Part shown: positions 10,456 to 19,971 of the stretch, one piece after another | Layout of the letters: each line of letters opens with the position of its first letter | Numbering within the stretch: position 1 is the stretch's first letter | DNA from: Fibrobacteria bacterium | GTDB taxonomy: Bacteria; Fibrobacterota; Fibrobacteria; UBA11236 | Direction: 5' to 3' | Length of the DNA: 64,000 bases | Assembly (NCBI GenBank): GCA_041746255.1 | Contig: JBGTHM010000023.1 | Location: 1-64,000 of the forward strand | Made by a program: the position numbers and the translations under genes | The notes under the pieces: generated by a model | What the model saw: the letters and a program-made list of their open reading frames with translations, nothing else | The model's database searches: none | What the model was told of the DNA's origin: nothing

Positions 10456-11601
10456 CTATAGGATGGGCAAGCCCAACAAGTTCCTGCCCAGCCAAACCTT
10501 GAGCATTTGGGTGGTGGGCGCCATCACGTGGCTGGCCCGCGCATCGCGAAGCAGACGGGCCAGTCGCGAATTCGCAGCATAGGCCCGCCCTCCACATAGG
10601 GTCATGGCTTCATTGGCTACATCCACCACCATTTCCGCCACATCGGCCTTGGCCCCAAAAAGCATGGAAATGGCTTTGGGATCTCCCCTGTCGCCCATGC
10701 GCGCAGCCTCATGCACAAGTTGGCGCGTCCGCTCCACTTTGATCCATAGCTCCGCCACCTGGGATTGCAATAGGGTCATATCCGCCAAGGCCTCGCCGGT
10801 ATGTGAATGACGCCGCTCCCGCAAAGTCTGCAAGGATATGTCCAGACACGATTGGGCAATCCCCAAATAGGTTCCGGACATGGCCATGATAAAATAGGGA
10901 GCGACAATCTCGAAGACGTACCAGATTTGGTCGCCTTCCTCGCCCAAGAGGTTCTGCACCGGGACCTTTGCCTCATGGAGTCGCAGGTCGCGGGAGGCAT
11001 TTCCGTGCATGCCCAATCCCTGCCAAGGTTCGCCCCAATTCATTCCGGAGGTACCGGCCTCCACGACCAGGCAGATGAATTCCCCGATTTCGTTGGTCTT
11101 ATCCGCCATTTTGCCGGAAAGCACATACGAATCGGCAAAACCGCCGCTGGTTACGAAGGATTTAGTCCCCTCCATACTGAAAAAATCCTTTTCCCTCTCG
11201 AGAATCGCTTCGGGCATATAGAAATTCGCGCCGGACCCGCTCTCCGACAAGCCCAGGCTGGTGACATGCCTTCCCTCCGCGATGGGCTTGAGGAAGTATT
11301 CCTCGTGGTGTGGAGTAGCCTTGGCGACTATCACTGCCGTCCCCACGCAATGCATTCCGTAACACATGCTAGTCGAGGAACATACCCTGCCCAACGCTTC
11401 GGTCACCAGGCTCAGAGCGAGCAAGCCCTGCTCAAGGCCACCCAACCTGCGTGGAACATGCAACCCCAGTAAACCGGATTCACCTAAAGCTTGTAATTGT
11501 TCCTTCGGCCATAGCCTTTCCGTGTCCACCCTTTCGGCAAGCGACGCGAATTTTTCCCGGGCCAAGTCCTCGGCTAGAACTTGCAATTGATGGGGGGTCA
11601 T
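10456..11601 (-). CDS. Acyl-CoA dehydrogenase-fold flavoprotein (atypical)
   Basis: LSESGSGA, GTKSFVTSG, LGMHGN, AK..VAE, GGRAY and LLRDA motifs. Confidence 0.9.
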   Translation of the reverse strand: MTPHQLQVLAEDLAREKFASLAERVDTERLWPKEQLQALGESGLLGLHVPRRLGGLEQGLLALSLVTEALGRVCSSTSMCYGMHCVGTAVIVAKATPHHEEYFLKPIAEGRHVTSLGLSESGSGANFYMPEAILEREKDFFSMEGTKSFVTSGGFADSYVLSGKMADKTNEIGEFICLVVEAGTSGMNWGEPWQGLGMHGNASRDLRLHEAKVPVQNLLGEEGDQIWYVFEIVAPYFIMAMSGTYLGIAQSCLDISLQTLRERRHSHTGEALADMTLLQSQVAELWIKVERTRQLVHEAARMGDRGDPKAISMLFGAKADVAEMVVDVANEAMTLCGGRAYAANSRLARLLRDARASHVMAPTTQMLKVWLGRNLLGLPIL

Positions 11602-11785
11602 CGATAAGTTCTCCGTCTTTTTCGAATACTAAAAGAAGATACATTGGCTCGAGAGGGCGGGAAAAGGTAATAAATTCGGACGCGGCTGGTCGGTAAACGC
11701 AGCACGAAGCCACGAATGCGGAAGTCCCTGTCGCTGAGGCTTTTCCCGGGGACGCGATGGGCACGGGATTTGTACTTTATCCGAT

Positions 11786-12805
11786 GTGAATACCCCCATT
11801 TCCAAGGGTCAGCCCATTCTTAAAGTCGAGGACCTTTCCATCGGCTTCGAAGGACCGGACGGACTTATTCCCATTACCGAAGGCGTCTCCTTCGAAATCT
11901 ACCCCGGCGAAATGTTCGGCCTGGTCGGCGAATCGGGATGTGGGAAATCGGTCACCTGCCTCAGTCTCCTTAAGCTTTTGCCCTCCCCGGGGGGACGCGT
12001 CATCTCCGGCCGCATTTGCTACAAGGGTCGCGAAATCCTTTCGCTCTCCCCGCAAGAACTCCGAACCTTACGCGGCTGCGAGATGAGCATGATTTTCCAG
12101 GAACCCGGCGCCGCCTTGAACCCGCTGATGACGGTCGAGCGCCAGATGTTCGAGTGTTTTCAATTCCACCGCTATCCCGGCAACCCGCAGCAACGCTCGC
12201 GCGACCTGTTGGCGCGCACGGGCATAGCCGATCCCGACCGGGTGCTTAAAGCCTATCCCCACCAATTATCGGGAGGCATGTTGCAACGCGTTATGATTGG
12301 CATGGCGCTGCTGCTGAACCCCGGTTTTCTCATCGCCGACGAGCCCACCACCGCGCTGGATGTGACCGTGCAAGCGCAAATCATGGAGCTTATCCGCGAA
12401 TTGCAAGACGAATTCCAAACCGCCATCTTGCTTATCACCCACAATCTCAATTTGATAGCCCAATACGCGGACCGACTCGCCGTCATGTACGCCGGTCGCA
12501 TCGTGGAACAGGCTCCAGTTCCCTCCTTTCTGGAAAACCCCCGTCACCCTTATTCGCAGGGCCTTCTGGGAGCCCTGCCCCGGCTGGAGGCGCATCGCAA
12601 CCAGCCGCGCCCCATCCCCGGCCATGTGCCGCGGCCCCGCGATTTCGCCGCCGGTTGCCGTTTCGCGGACAGGTGTCCGGAAGTGATGGACAAATGCTCA
12701 CGCAAACCCGAATTCTATCCCATCGGCGAAAAGCATAGCGCCGCTTGCTTCCTCTACGAAACCCATTCCGCCGCCGGAAAAACTTCGGGAACTTTACAGC
12801 CATGA
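11786..12805 (+). CDS. oppD: Oligopeptide ABC transporter ATP-binding protein (OppD/DppD)
   Basis: Walker A GESGCGKS, YPHQLSGGM, ADEPTTALD, HPYSQ, Cys-rich tail. Confidence 0.92.
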   Translation: MNTPISKGQPILKVEDLSIGFEGPDGLIPITEGVSFEIYPGEMFGLVGESGCGKSVTCLSLLKLLPSPGGRVISGRICYKGREILSLSPQELRTLRGCEMSMIFQEPGAALNPLMTVERQMFECFQFHRYPGNPQQRSRDLLARTGIADPDRVLKAYPHQLSGGMLQRVMIGMALLLNPGFLIADEPTTALDVTVQAQIMELIRELQDEFQTAILLITHNLNLIAQYADRLAVMYAGRIVEQAPVPSFLENPRHPYSQGLLGALPRLEAHRNQPRPIPGHVPRPRDFAAGCRFADRCPEVMDKCSRKPEFYPIGEKHSAACFLYETHSAAGKTSGTLQP

Positions 12806-13803
12806 TATCTGCAACGGAAACCCGAAAATCTGAGGCGGTAGGCGAAGTCATCTTGGAAGCCCGGGATTTGAAAACCCATTTCCCGGTGACGGGCGGCGTA
12901 TTCCATAAAGTCATGGCGCATATAAAAGCCGTGAACGGCGTCGATATCACCCTGCATTCCGGCGAAATCGTTTCCGTAGTGGGTGAATCCGGTTGCGGTA
13001 AAAGTACTTTGGGTTACTCGCTGCTGGGCTTGGTCCCGCCGACTTCGGGTACGCTTAAGCTCATGGGCCGCGAAATAGACATCCATAAGCCAAGCTCATG
13101 GAAAACCTATCGTCGCGACTTTCAAATCATTTTTCAGGATCCCTACACCTCGCTCAATCCCCGCCATACCATTTTCGAAATCCTGGCAGAACCCATGTTC
13201 GTCCATCGCATTTGCACCCGCGCGGAGGCCCGCGAAAAAGTGGCGTCTCTGCTGGAGCGGGTGGGTTTACAGCCTGAGGACATGCATAAATTTCCCCATG
13301 CCTTTTCGGGCGGTCAGCGCCAACGCCTGGGAATCGCCCGCGCCATCAGTCTCAAGCCCAAAGTTATCATATGCGACGAGGTGGTGGCCTCCCTCGACGT
13401 GTCGGTGCAGGCGCAAATCATTCAATTATTGCTCGACCTCAAGCAAGACCTTGGGCTTTCGCTGCTTTTCATCTCGCATGATCTTTCGCTGGTGCGCAAT
13501 ATCAGCGATAGCGTGCATGTCATGTACCTGGGCCGCATCATGGAATCCGCCACCGCCGACGATTTGTTCCATGCGCCCCGCCACCCCTATACCCGGGCTT
13601 TACTCGACTCCATCCCGACCCTGGATCGCAAAAAGCGCCCCAAGCTCCTTCTGGGCGAAGTCCCCTCTCCCGTCAATCTCCCCCAAGGCTGCCCATTCCA
13701 AAGCCGTTGCCCGCATGTGCAGGACCGCTGTCGGGACATCGTACCCGAATTGGAAATCGTGGGAAATTCCCGCGCAGCCTGTTATTTTCCCTTGCAGGGG
13801 TAA
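12802..13803 (+). CDS. oppF: Oligopeptide ABC transporter ATP-binding protein (OppF/DppF)
   Basis: GESGCGKST, FSGGQRQR, CDE, HPYTRAL, GCPFQSRC; ATGA overlap with oppD. Confidence 0.92.
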   Translation: MISATETRKSEAVGEVILEARDLKTHFPVTGGVFHKVMAHIKAVNGVDITLHSGEIVSVVGESGCGKSTLGYSLLGLVPPTSGTLKLMGREIDIHKPSSWKTYRRDFQIIFQDPYTSLNPRHTIFEILAEPMFVHRICTRAEAREKVASLLERVGLQPEDMHKFPHAFSGGQRQRLGIARAISLKPKVIICDEVVASLDVSVQAQIIQLLLDLKQDLGLSLLFISHDLSLVRNISDSVHVMYLGRIMESATADDLFHAPRHPYTRALLDSIPTLDRKKRPKLLLGEVPSPVNLPQGCPFQSRCPHVQDRCRDIVPELEIVGNSRAACYFPLQG

Positions 13804-13866
13804 CACCGCCTCATTTCGGTCCGCCGTGCCGTAGATTTCCGGCGGAGAAAGTCGAATCACCCGATC

Positions 13867-14190
13867 ATGATATTCGGAAACGCGCTGCCTTACATTCTGC
13901 TCATGACCTTATTGGGCATTTTGTTCGGTATGTGGAAGGGCCGCGCTTTCGTGGGCGCTTTGCTCGGGCTGTTTCTGGGGCCGGTGGGGTTGCTTATCCT
14001 GGCCTTCATTCCACCCGCCAAGCGCGTCGCGCCGGGCACAGGCTCGACCGGGGCTGACCCCTTCGGAGGAGCAGGCTTCGGAGCCGCAGCCCGTTGCCCT
14101 AAATGCAATAATCCCGTAAATCGTGGAGATAAAGTCTGCCCCAATTGCGGCAATCTATTAATCGATGTCCGTTATCGCGTGGAAGAGTAA
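13867..14190 (+). CDS. Small membrane protein with C-terminal zinc ribbon
   Basis: Two hydrophobic helices (GLFLGPVGL) followed by CPKC..CPNCG. Confidence 0.8.
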   Translation: MIFGNALPYILLMTLLGILFGMWKGRAFVGALLGLFLGPVGLLILAFIPPAKRVAPGTGSTGADPFGGAGFGAAARCPKCNNPVNRGDKVCPNCGNLLIDVRYRVEE

Positions 14191-14201
14191 AATCAGCGGA
14201 A

Positions 14202-14224
14202 GGCGGTCGGATAAACCGACCGCC
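14202..14224. terminator. Probable bidirectional terminator hairpin between convergent genes
   Basis: GGCGGTCGG-ATAAA-CCGACCGCC, perfect 9-bp stem. Confidence 0.6.
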
Positions 14225-14238
14225 ATTTGCCTATACGA

Positions 14239-15072
14239 TTAAGCTGCTGAGGGAGTTTGCAGCCATTGACGCACGGTTTCGCGGATGAATACGCCGTCCT
14301 TCAAAGTCACGCCGTCGGGATCTTCCACCGACTCTTCGCACTCGTCTTCGAAAACCACCCAGCCCTTGTAGCGGGTATCGACCATGTCGCGAATAAGGGT
14401 TTCGAAATCGATGATTCCCTCGCCCATTTGCGCCCATTCCCCTTTGTCGTCCATATCCTTGAAGTGGAAATGGTTGACCAGATCGCGGTATTCGCGAACC
14501 AAGGCCACCGGGTCCATGTCGCCTTTGGCGATATGGCCGACGTCAGGAGTCCAACCCATTACCTTCGCGTCGAGCTGGGGCAACAGTTTGTCGTAATCCT
14601 CGCGGGTGCGCCAAACCGATCCATCCGGTGAATTGGGATGGTAGGAGCAAATCAAACCCTTGTCAGCGGCCCGACGGGCAACGGTATTGATGTTCTTCAT
14701 CAGGTTACGTTGGCGTTCGTCCAGATTGCTGCGGTCCTTGCCCGGCATTTGCACCAGCATGAACAAAACATCTTTACCCGCGTCGCAAGCCAATTGGATC
14801 AGCCGATCCGCCTCTTGACGCTCGGCTTCGGTTTCTTCGGGATTGAGCCAGTCGCAAACCAAGGTCAAGCTGGAGAGCTCGAGTTTTTCCTTGGCCATGC
14901 ATTCGCGCAATAAGCCGGCATCCCAGTATTTTCCCAATTGCAGATTGATGGGTTCGAGAGCCTCGAAACCGGACTGGGCCGCAATCTTGGCCATATGATC
15001 GATTTTTCCCATATACTTGTCGCCGCATTGGATCCAGGCATAGGTTTGGCAGCCGAAGCGTATGTTATTCAT
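14239..15072 (-). CDS. Sugar phosphate isomerase/epimerase TIM barrel (IolE/xylose isomerase-like)
   Basis: YHPN, PDVGH, HFHFKD, GEGIIDF and VFEDE metal-binding pattern. Confidence 0.88.
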   Translation of the reverse strand: MNNIRFGCQTYAWIQCGDKYMGKIDHMAKIAAQSGFEALEPINLQLGKYWDAGLLRECMAKEKLELSSLTLVCDWLNPEETEAERQEADRLIQLACDAGKDVLFMLVQMPGKDRSNLDERQRNLMKNINTVARRAADKGLICSYHPNSPDGSVWRTREDYDKLLPQLDAKVMGWTPDVGHIAKGDMDPVALVREYRDLVNHFHFKDMDDKGEWAQMGEGIIDFETLIRDMVDTRYKGWVVFEDECEESVEDPDGVTLKDGVFIRETVRQWLQTPSAA

Positions 15073-15085
15073 CAGGACTCCTTTT

Positions 15086-15883
15086 TCAGTGGCTTAGCAG
15101 CCATTCAGTGGTTTCACGGTTAAAACGCTCAAGATCTTCCCAGTGGTGGGTGTGGCCCCAACCCTCGAAGGTCAGCAGCTTCGAATCCTTGATGCCCTTG
15201 TTCAATTCCAAAGCATTGGCATAGGGAACGAAGAAATCCGCGGTACCCGCGGTGATCAAGGTGGGCTGGGTGATTTTACCCAGGTCTTTGGAACTGTCGT
15301 GGGAAATACAGGCCGCGGCTTGCCCGGTAAAACCCTGCTGGGTTTGCATGTATTCGTAGCCCAGGGCATCTTTGCGCCCCTGTTGGAAAGCTTCGCGATT
15401 GCGGTTGTAATGGTCGGGAGTGAAAATGATGAGATGCAGCAATTGCAGAAATTCGTCGAAGGCCATGGAGGCGCGCGCCTTGACGAGAACGTCGAAGACA
15501 TCGCCGGCATGGTTGTCCAACTTGGCCCAGGTGGCCGCCAGAATTTGGCTTTTAACCTTGGTCGGGTGGCGCAAAGCCAGTTGTTGCGCAATGACCCCTC
15601 CCATGGAAAGCCCGACTACGCGAGCTTGCTTGAGTCCGACTTCATCCATCAAACCGGCTATGTCGTCGGCCATCATGGCGGAAGTGTAAGGTCCTTTGGG
15701 GGCATCGGAGCGTCCTACCCCGCGGTTATCGAGCAGATAACAGGTGAAATGTTTTTCCCAGGCTTTGGCATGGTCTTCCCAAACCGGCCCGTCGGCGGAA
15801 AGCCCCATGATGAGGATGAGCGGCTCGCCCTGGCCGCGGGTTTGATAATGCAGACGAATTCCGGAAACTTCGGCAAAAGGCAT
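15086..15883 (-). CDS. Alpha/beta hydrolase
   Basis: DNRGVGRS, nucleophile elbow GLSMGG, GTADFF Asp, GH near the C-terminus. Confidence 0.92.
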   Translation of the reverse strand: MPFAEVSGIRLHYQTRGQGEPLILIMGLSADGPVWEDHAKAWEKHFTCYLLDNRGVGRSDAPKGPYTSAMMADDIAGLMDEVGLKQARVVGLSMGGVIAQQLALRHPTKVKSQILAATWAKLDNHAGDVFDVLVKARASMAFDEFLQLLHLIIFTPDHYNRNREAFQQGRKDALGYEYMQTQQGFTGQAAACISHDSSKDLGKITQPTLITAGTADFFVPYANALELNKGIKDSKLLTFEGWGHTHHWEDLERFNRETTEWLLSH

Positions 15884-16037
15884 GGTAGACTCCTCCGGTT
15901 TGATGGCCGTTACAATGCGAGACTCTGAAAAAATACCCTGGGAAGCATAAGGATATTGGGACTATTTCGGCATGTTTAGGAGGGTGGTGCGCATGGGTTT
16001 CGGAATGTGGGAGACAGGGTCCATCTCCAGGTGTTTT

Positions 16038-16847
16038 TCAAGGGGCCAGCACTGCGGCATGGTGGCGCATTCCACCCGATCCCGAGGGTCCTTGCGCTCC
16101 CTGAAAGTGACGGCGGCGAAATTCGCTGGGAGTAACGCCCATACGTTTTATGAATTGTTTGGAAAAGTAGCTCTGATCGCAAAAACCCGTGGATTCCGCA
16201 ATCCACGAAACCGATTTTCGCGTTTGTATCAGGGATTTACAGGCCTCGTTCACGCGAACTTTGAGAATGAATTGCATGGGCGTTTCTTGGAAAATGCTTT
16301 TGAAGCGCCGCTCGAATTGACTCATGGAAAGCGCGGCCATATGCGCCAACTGGTCCACGTCAATGCTCTTGGCATAATTTTTATGGATGTAGGTGATGAC
16401 CTCGGAGAACTCCATGTATGCGGGGGCCGGCACGGGGGCGCGATCCAGATGCTGGGTAATACCGGCCACGCCGACCACGGTCTTATCCCGGCCGTAAATC
16501 GGCACTTTGTTGGTGGAATACCAGCGGATGGTACCGTCTTCGCAGGCTATCGGCTCTATTCGGTGCACGATACGCTCGCCGGTATTCATGACCTCAAGGT
16601 CGTCCTTGCGAAAGCGTTCGGCGATGTATTTGGGAAAAAAGTCGAAATCGGTGCGACCGACGATTTCATGGGGATGGCTGCAACCGCAAATGAGCGCCAC
16701 CGATTGGTTCCCCATGACAAACCGGCCTTGTTGGTCTTTGACGAAAAAAGACATATTTGGAAGATTTTCAAAGAGCAAGTCGAGACCGCCAAGTGGGTCT
16801 AGGCCATTGAGAAAGTCCCGCTGGAAATTTTCGAAATTCTCCACCAT
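16038..16847 (-). CDS. AraC-family regulator with N-terminal PAS domain
   Basis: PAS_4 (FFVKDQQGRF...GRTDFDFF) plus AraC HTH (GFCDQSYFSKQF...TPSEFR); start trimmed to the ATG at 16847. Confidence 0.92.
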   Translation of the reverse strand: MVENFENFQRDFLNGLDPLGGLDLLFENLPNMSFFVKDQQGRFVMGNQSVALICGCSHPHEIVGRTDFDFFPKYIAERFRKDDLEVMNTGERIVHRIEPIACEDGTIRWYSTNKVPIYGRDKTVVGVAGITQHLDRAPVPAPAYMEFSEVITYIHKNYAKSIDVDQLAHMAALSMSQFERRFKSIFQETPMQFILKVRVNEACKSLIQTRKSVSWIAESTGFCDQSYFSKQFIKRMGVTPSEFRRRHFQGAQGPSGSGGMRHHAAVLAP

Positions 16848-17087
16848 GATTTGCTGAAAAGATACCAATAATACCCTAATTCGCACAAGACAGGTGAGGC
16901 ACGGGGCCCTATCTTTACAGGTACCATTGAACCGCCGTCCAAAACCGGCGTAAAAGAGGGTTTTCAACTTTGGCCAGACGCATTTTCATCGGATCCTGGG
17001 CCTACACAATCGGGCCTTTAGCCTCACACCCGGTTGATTTTGATACCCTCAACACAAGAAATTCGCACCGGAAGCCAAGGTAAAGAC

Positions 17088-17864
17088 ATGACCATTGAAC
17101 GGTCCCTGGAAGGGCGTAATGCATTGGTGACCGGAGCGGCCGCAGGTATCGGCTTGGCCTTGTGCCAAGCCCTTGCAGCGCGAGGCGCTTATGTGGTCGG
17201 CGCCGATCGCAATCCGGAAATCGAAACCATACTGACCTCCCAAGGCGTGACCGGGGGACGTGGCGCCATTTGCGATGTTCGGAACGAAGAACAGGTGGCC
17301 GAGGCCGTCGCTCTCGCCGCGCGGGATGACCGGTTGGACATCTTGATTTGCAATGCCGGTATCTTCCCATTGGGAGCCCACATCGAAAAGCTTGCCGATG
17401 CGGATTGGGACTTGAGCCTGGCCGTCAACCTTACCGGTACCATGCGCTTCATGCGCAGGGCCATTCCCTTGTTGCGCAAAGGCAAACAACCCCAAATCGT
17501 GGTGATCGGCTCCCGCAACGTCAAGGCTCCGGGTCCCGGAGCCGCCGCTTATTCGGCCGCCAAGGCGGGTTTGACCCAATTGGCCCGCGTGGCCGCGCTG
17601 GAGTTGGCCCCCGACGGAATCAGAGTCAACGTGGTCCACCCCGACGCGGTATTCGACACCGCCCTATGGACAGCCGCCGCTTTGGAGCGATCGGCTGAGC
17701 GCTACGGGATGAGCGTCGAAGAATACAAACGCCGCAACCTGATGAAAACCATTATCGGCGCCAGCGATGTAGCCGATGCCGTCTGCGCCCTGCTCGGTCC
17801 GGCTTTCGCGAAAACCACGGGGGCGCAAATCCCCGTCGACGGCGGAAACGACCGGGTGATTTGA
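17088..17864 (+). CDS. SDR oxidoreductase resembling the SDR half of bifunctional aldolase/SDR (RhaAD-type) proteins
   Basis: TGAAAGIG, NAG, YSAAK, VNVVHPDAVFDT, VDGGN. Confidence 0.88.
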   Translation: MTIERSLEGRNALVTGAAAGIGLALCQALAARGAYVVGADRNPEIETILTSQGVTGGRGAICDVRNEEQVAEAVALAARDDRLDILICNAGIFPLGAHIEKLADADWDLSLAVNLTGTMRFMRRAIPLLRKGKQPQIVVIGSRNVKAPGPGAAAYSAAKAGLTQLARVAALELAPDGIRVNVVHPDAVFDTALWTAAALERSAERYGMSVEEYKRRNLMKTIIGASDVADAVCALLGPAFAKTTGAQIPVDGGNDRVI

Positions 17865-17895
17865 ACCCTTTGTCCCAGTATCACAAGGAGGAATC

Positions 17896-18927
17896 ATGCA
17901 CGATACCCATTCCGAAACCCTGTTGAAGCGCCCCAAGAAGGTGCTGAACGATCCGAAAAAAGCCATGGCGGAAATGCTGGAAGGGCTCATCCTGGCCAGC
18001 GACGGCAAAACCAAAAAAGTGGAAGGCGCCGACGCGCTCGTACGCAGCGCAATTCCCGACGGTAAGGTCGCCTTGCTGGTGGGCGGCGGCAGCGGACACG
18101 AGCCCCTTTTCCACGGATTCGTGGGCGAGAACATGGCGGATGGCGCGGCTTGCGGCAACATTTTCGCCGCTCCTCCTCCCGATGTCATTCTCGCGGCGAC
18201 CAAAGCCGTGAATCGCGGCGCGGGCGTACTTTATCTTTACGGCAACTATGCCGGTGACAATATGAATTTCGATATCGCGGCCGAATTGGCCGAGGCCGAA
18301 GGCATCCGGGTCGAAACCGTCCGCATTTGGGACGATGTGGCTTCGGCTCCGCCGGAGCGTTGCGAAGATAGGCGCGGAATCGCCGGCGACCTGTACGTGA
18401 TCAAGGCCGTGGGAGGCGCAGCCGCCAAGCTGAAAACCCTCGACGAAGTGGTAGCCGTGGCCAAGAAAGCCCGGGACAATGTCCGCTCCATGGGCGTGGC
18501 GCTGGCAGCGGGTAGCATACCCGAAACCGGCGAACCCACTTTCGTGCTTCCCGAAGATGAAATCGAAATCGGCATGGGCGTGCATGGCGAACCCGGTATC
18601 TTGCGGCAGAAGCTTGTGCCTGCGGATCAACTGACGACGCAAATGCTCGACCGTATCCTGGCCGATTTGCCTTTCAAAAAGGGTGACAGCGTGGCCTTGC
18701 TCGTCAACAGCCTGGGCGCAACCACCCAAATGGAATGTCTTATCGTCAATCGCCAGGTTCGCCGCTTGCTCGCCGAGCGGGGCATCTCCGTGCATTGCAC
18801 CGACGTAGGCGCATACGTGACCTGCCAGGAAATGGCGGGCTTCTCGCTTTCGCTCATGCGTCTGGATGATGAACTTAAAGAATATTTGAACCTTCCCGCC
18901 GATTCGGTGGGATACCGTAAGAGGTGA
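17896..18927 (+). CDS. dhaK: Dihydroxyacetone kinase-family subunit K
   Basis: GGGSGHEP, NYAGD.MNF, DDVAS, RRGIAG, GMGVHGEPG. Confidence 0.93.
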   Translation: MHDTHSETLLKRPKKVLNDPKKAMAEMLEGLILASDGKTKKVEGADALVRSAIPDGKVALLVGGGSGHEPLFHGFVGENMADGAACGNIFAAPPPDVILAATKAVNRGAGVLYLYGNYAGDNMNFDIAAELAEAEGIRVETVRIWDDVASAPPERCEDRRGIAGDLYVIKAVGGAAAKLKTLDEVVAVAKKARDNVRSMGVALAAGSIPETGEPTFVLPEDEIEIGMGVHGEPGILRQKLVPADQLTTQMLDRILADLPFKKGDSVALLVNSLGATTQMECLIVNRQVRRLLAERGISVHCTDVGAYVTCQEMAGFSLSLMRLDDELKEYLNLPADSVGYRKR

Positions 18928-19577
18928 GTATGGAAAATTGGGATGCACGTGGCGCAGCGGCTTTATTGGTCGCCGCCAGCGAGGCGGTTACCGCCGCACA
19001 GGATCTCTTGACCAAGGCCGATCAGGCAATTGGGGATGGCGATCATGGAATCGGCATGTCGCGCGGTTGCGAAGCGGTGCGCAATAAATTGTCCGCCGAA
19101 CCTCCCGCCACCCCGGGCGCCGCTTTTTCCGCTGCGGGCATCGCCATGATGATGAGCGTCGGCGGCAGCTCCGGAGCTATTTTCGGCACGCTTTTCTCGG
19201 CCATGGGAAAACGCCTGGGCGACGCGCCCTTGCTTACCGCATCCCTTTGGGCGGACGCTATCGCCGATGGCATGGCGGCCGTGCAAAAACGGGGCGGAGC
19301 CAAGGTCGGCGACAAAACCCTGATTGACGCCTTGGCCCCCGCCGTCGAAGCCGCGCGCGAACACGCCGGTGAAGACTTCGACCGGGCTCTCGCGCTCACC
19401 GCCGAAGCCGCCGTTGCCGGAGCGGAAAAAACCAAGGCTCTCGTGGCCACTTTGGGTCGCGCCAAAACCTTGGGTGAACGTTGTATCGGGCATGTCGATC
19501 CCGGCGCCCTATCTCTGTCCATCTGGCTGACGGGCATGGCGAAAGCCGCCGCGAGCAGCCCATCCAACGCAACCTAA
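18924..19577 (+). CDS. dhaL: Dihydroxyacetone kinase-family subunit L
   Basis: IGDGDHG, GGSSGAIFG, GDKTLIDAL, GRA, DPGA. Confidence 0.93.
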   Translation: MSMENWDARGAAALLVAASEAVTAAQDLLTKADQAIGDGDHGIGMSRGCEAVRNKLSAEPPATPGAAFSAAGIAMMMSVGGSSGAIFGTLFSAMGKRLGDAPLLTASLWADAIADGMAAVQKRGGAKVGDKTLIDALAPAVEAAREHAGEDFDRALALTAEAAVAGAEKTKALVATLGRAKTLGERCIGHVDPGALSLSIWLTGMAKAAASSPSNAT

Positions 19578-19608
19578 AAGAGAGCGAAGACGCGCTTCGC
19601 GTCATCGT

Positions 19609-19643
19609 ATCGGGTAACGCCCCCGTTACCCGATTTTTTTTTT
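19609..19643 (+). terminator. Rho-independent terminator after dhaL
   Basis: ATCGGGTAACG-CCCC-CGTTACCCGAT, 11-bp stem followed by a long T tract. Confidence 0.85.
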
Positions 19644-19971
19644 ACGACACAAACTTCGACCCATTCCCTATTTCCAAAATGAACCTGCCCTACATGGCCT
19701 CCAGGGAGGCCGCTTTCTAAAACCCCATTGAGATGGCCCAAGTACCTCGGATGACTGCTCCATTCGATTAAAAAGCTCCGAATACAGTTAATATTCGCGG
19801 GTTTCCCCAATTATCTCAATACGATTAGCCAGCGATTCACGAGCCTAGTCGCCAAAATTGAGGCAACGGGAAAATTAGTCCGCACTAGATTCAGGAAACC
19901 TTGCAAGAGACGGAAGATTCACGTCCTCCTTTCAGGGCAAGCGCGAGTGAATTGAATTCAGGGAGCGGTAT

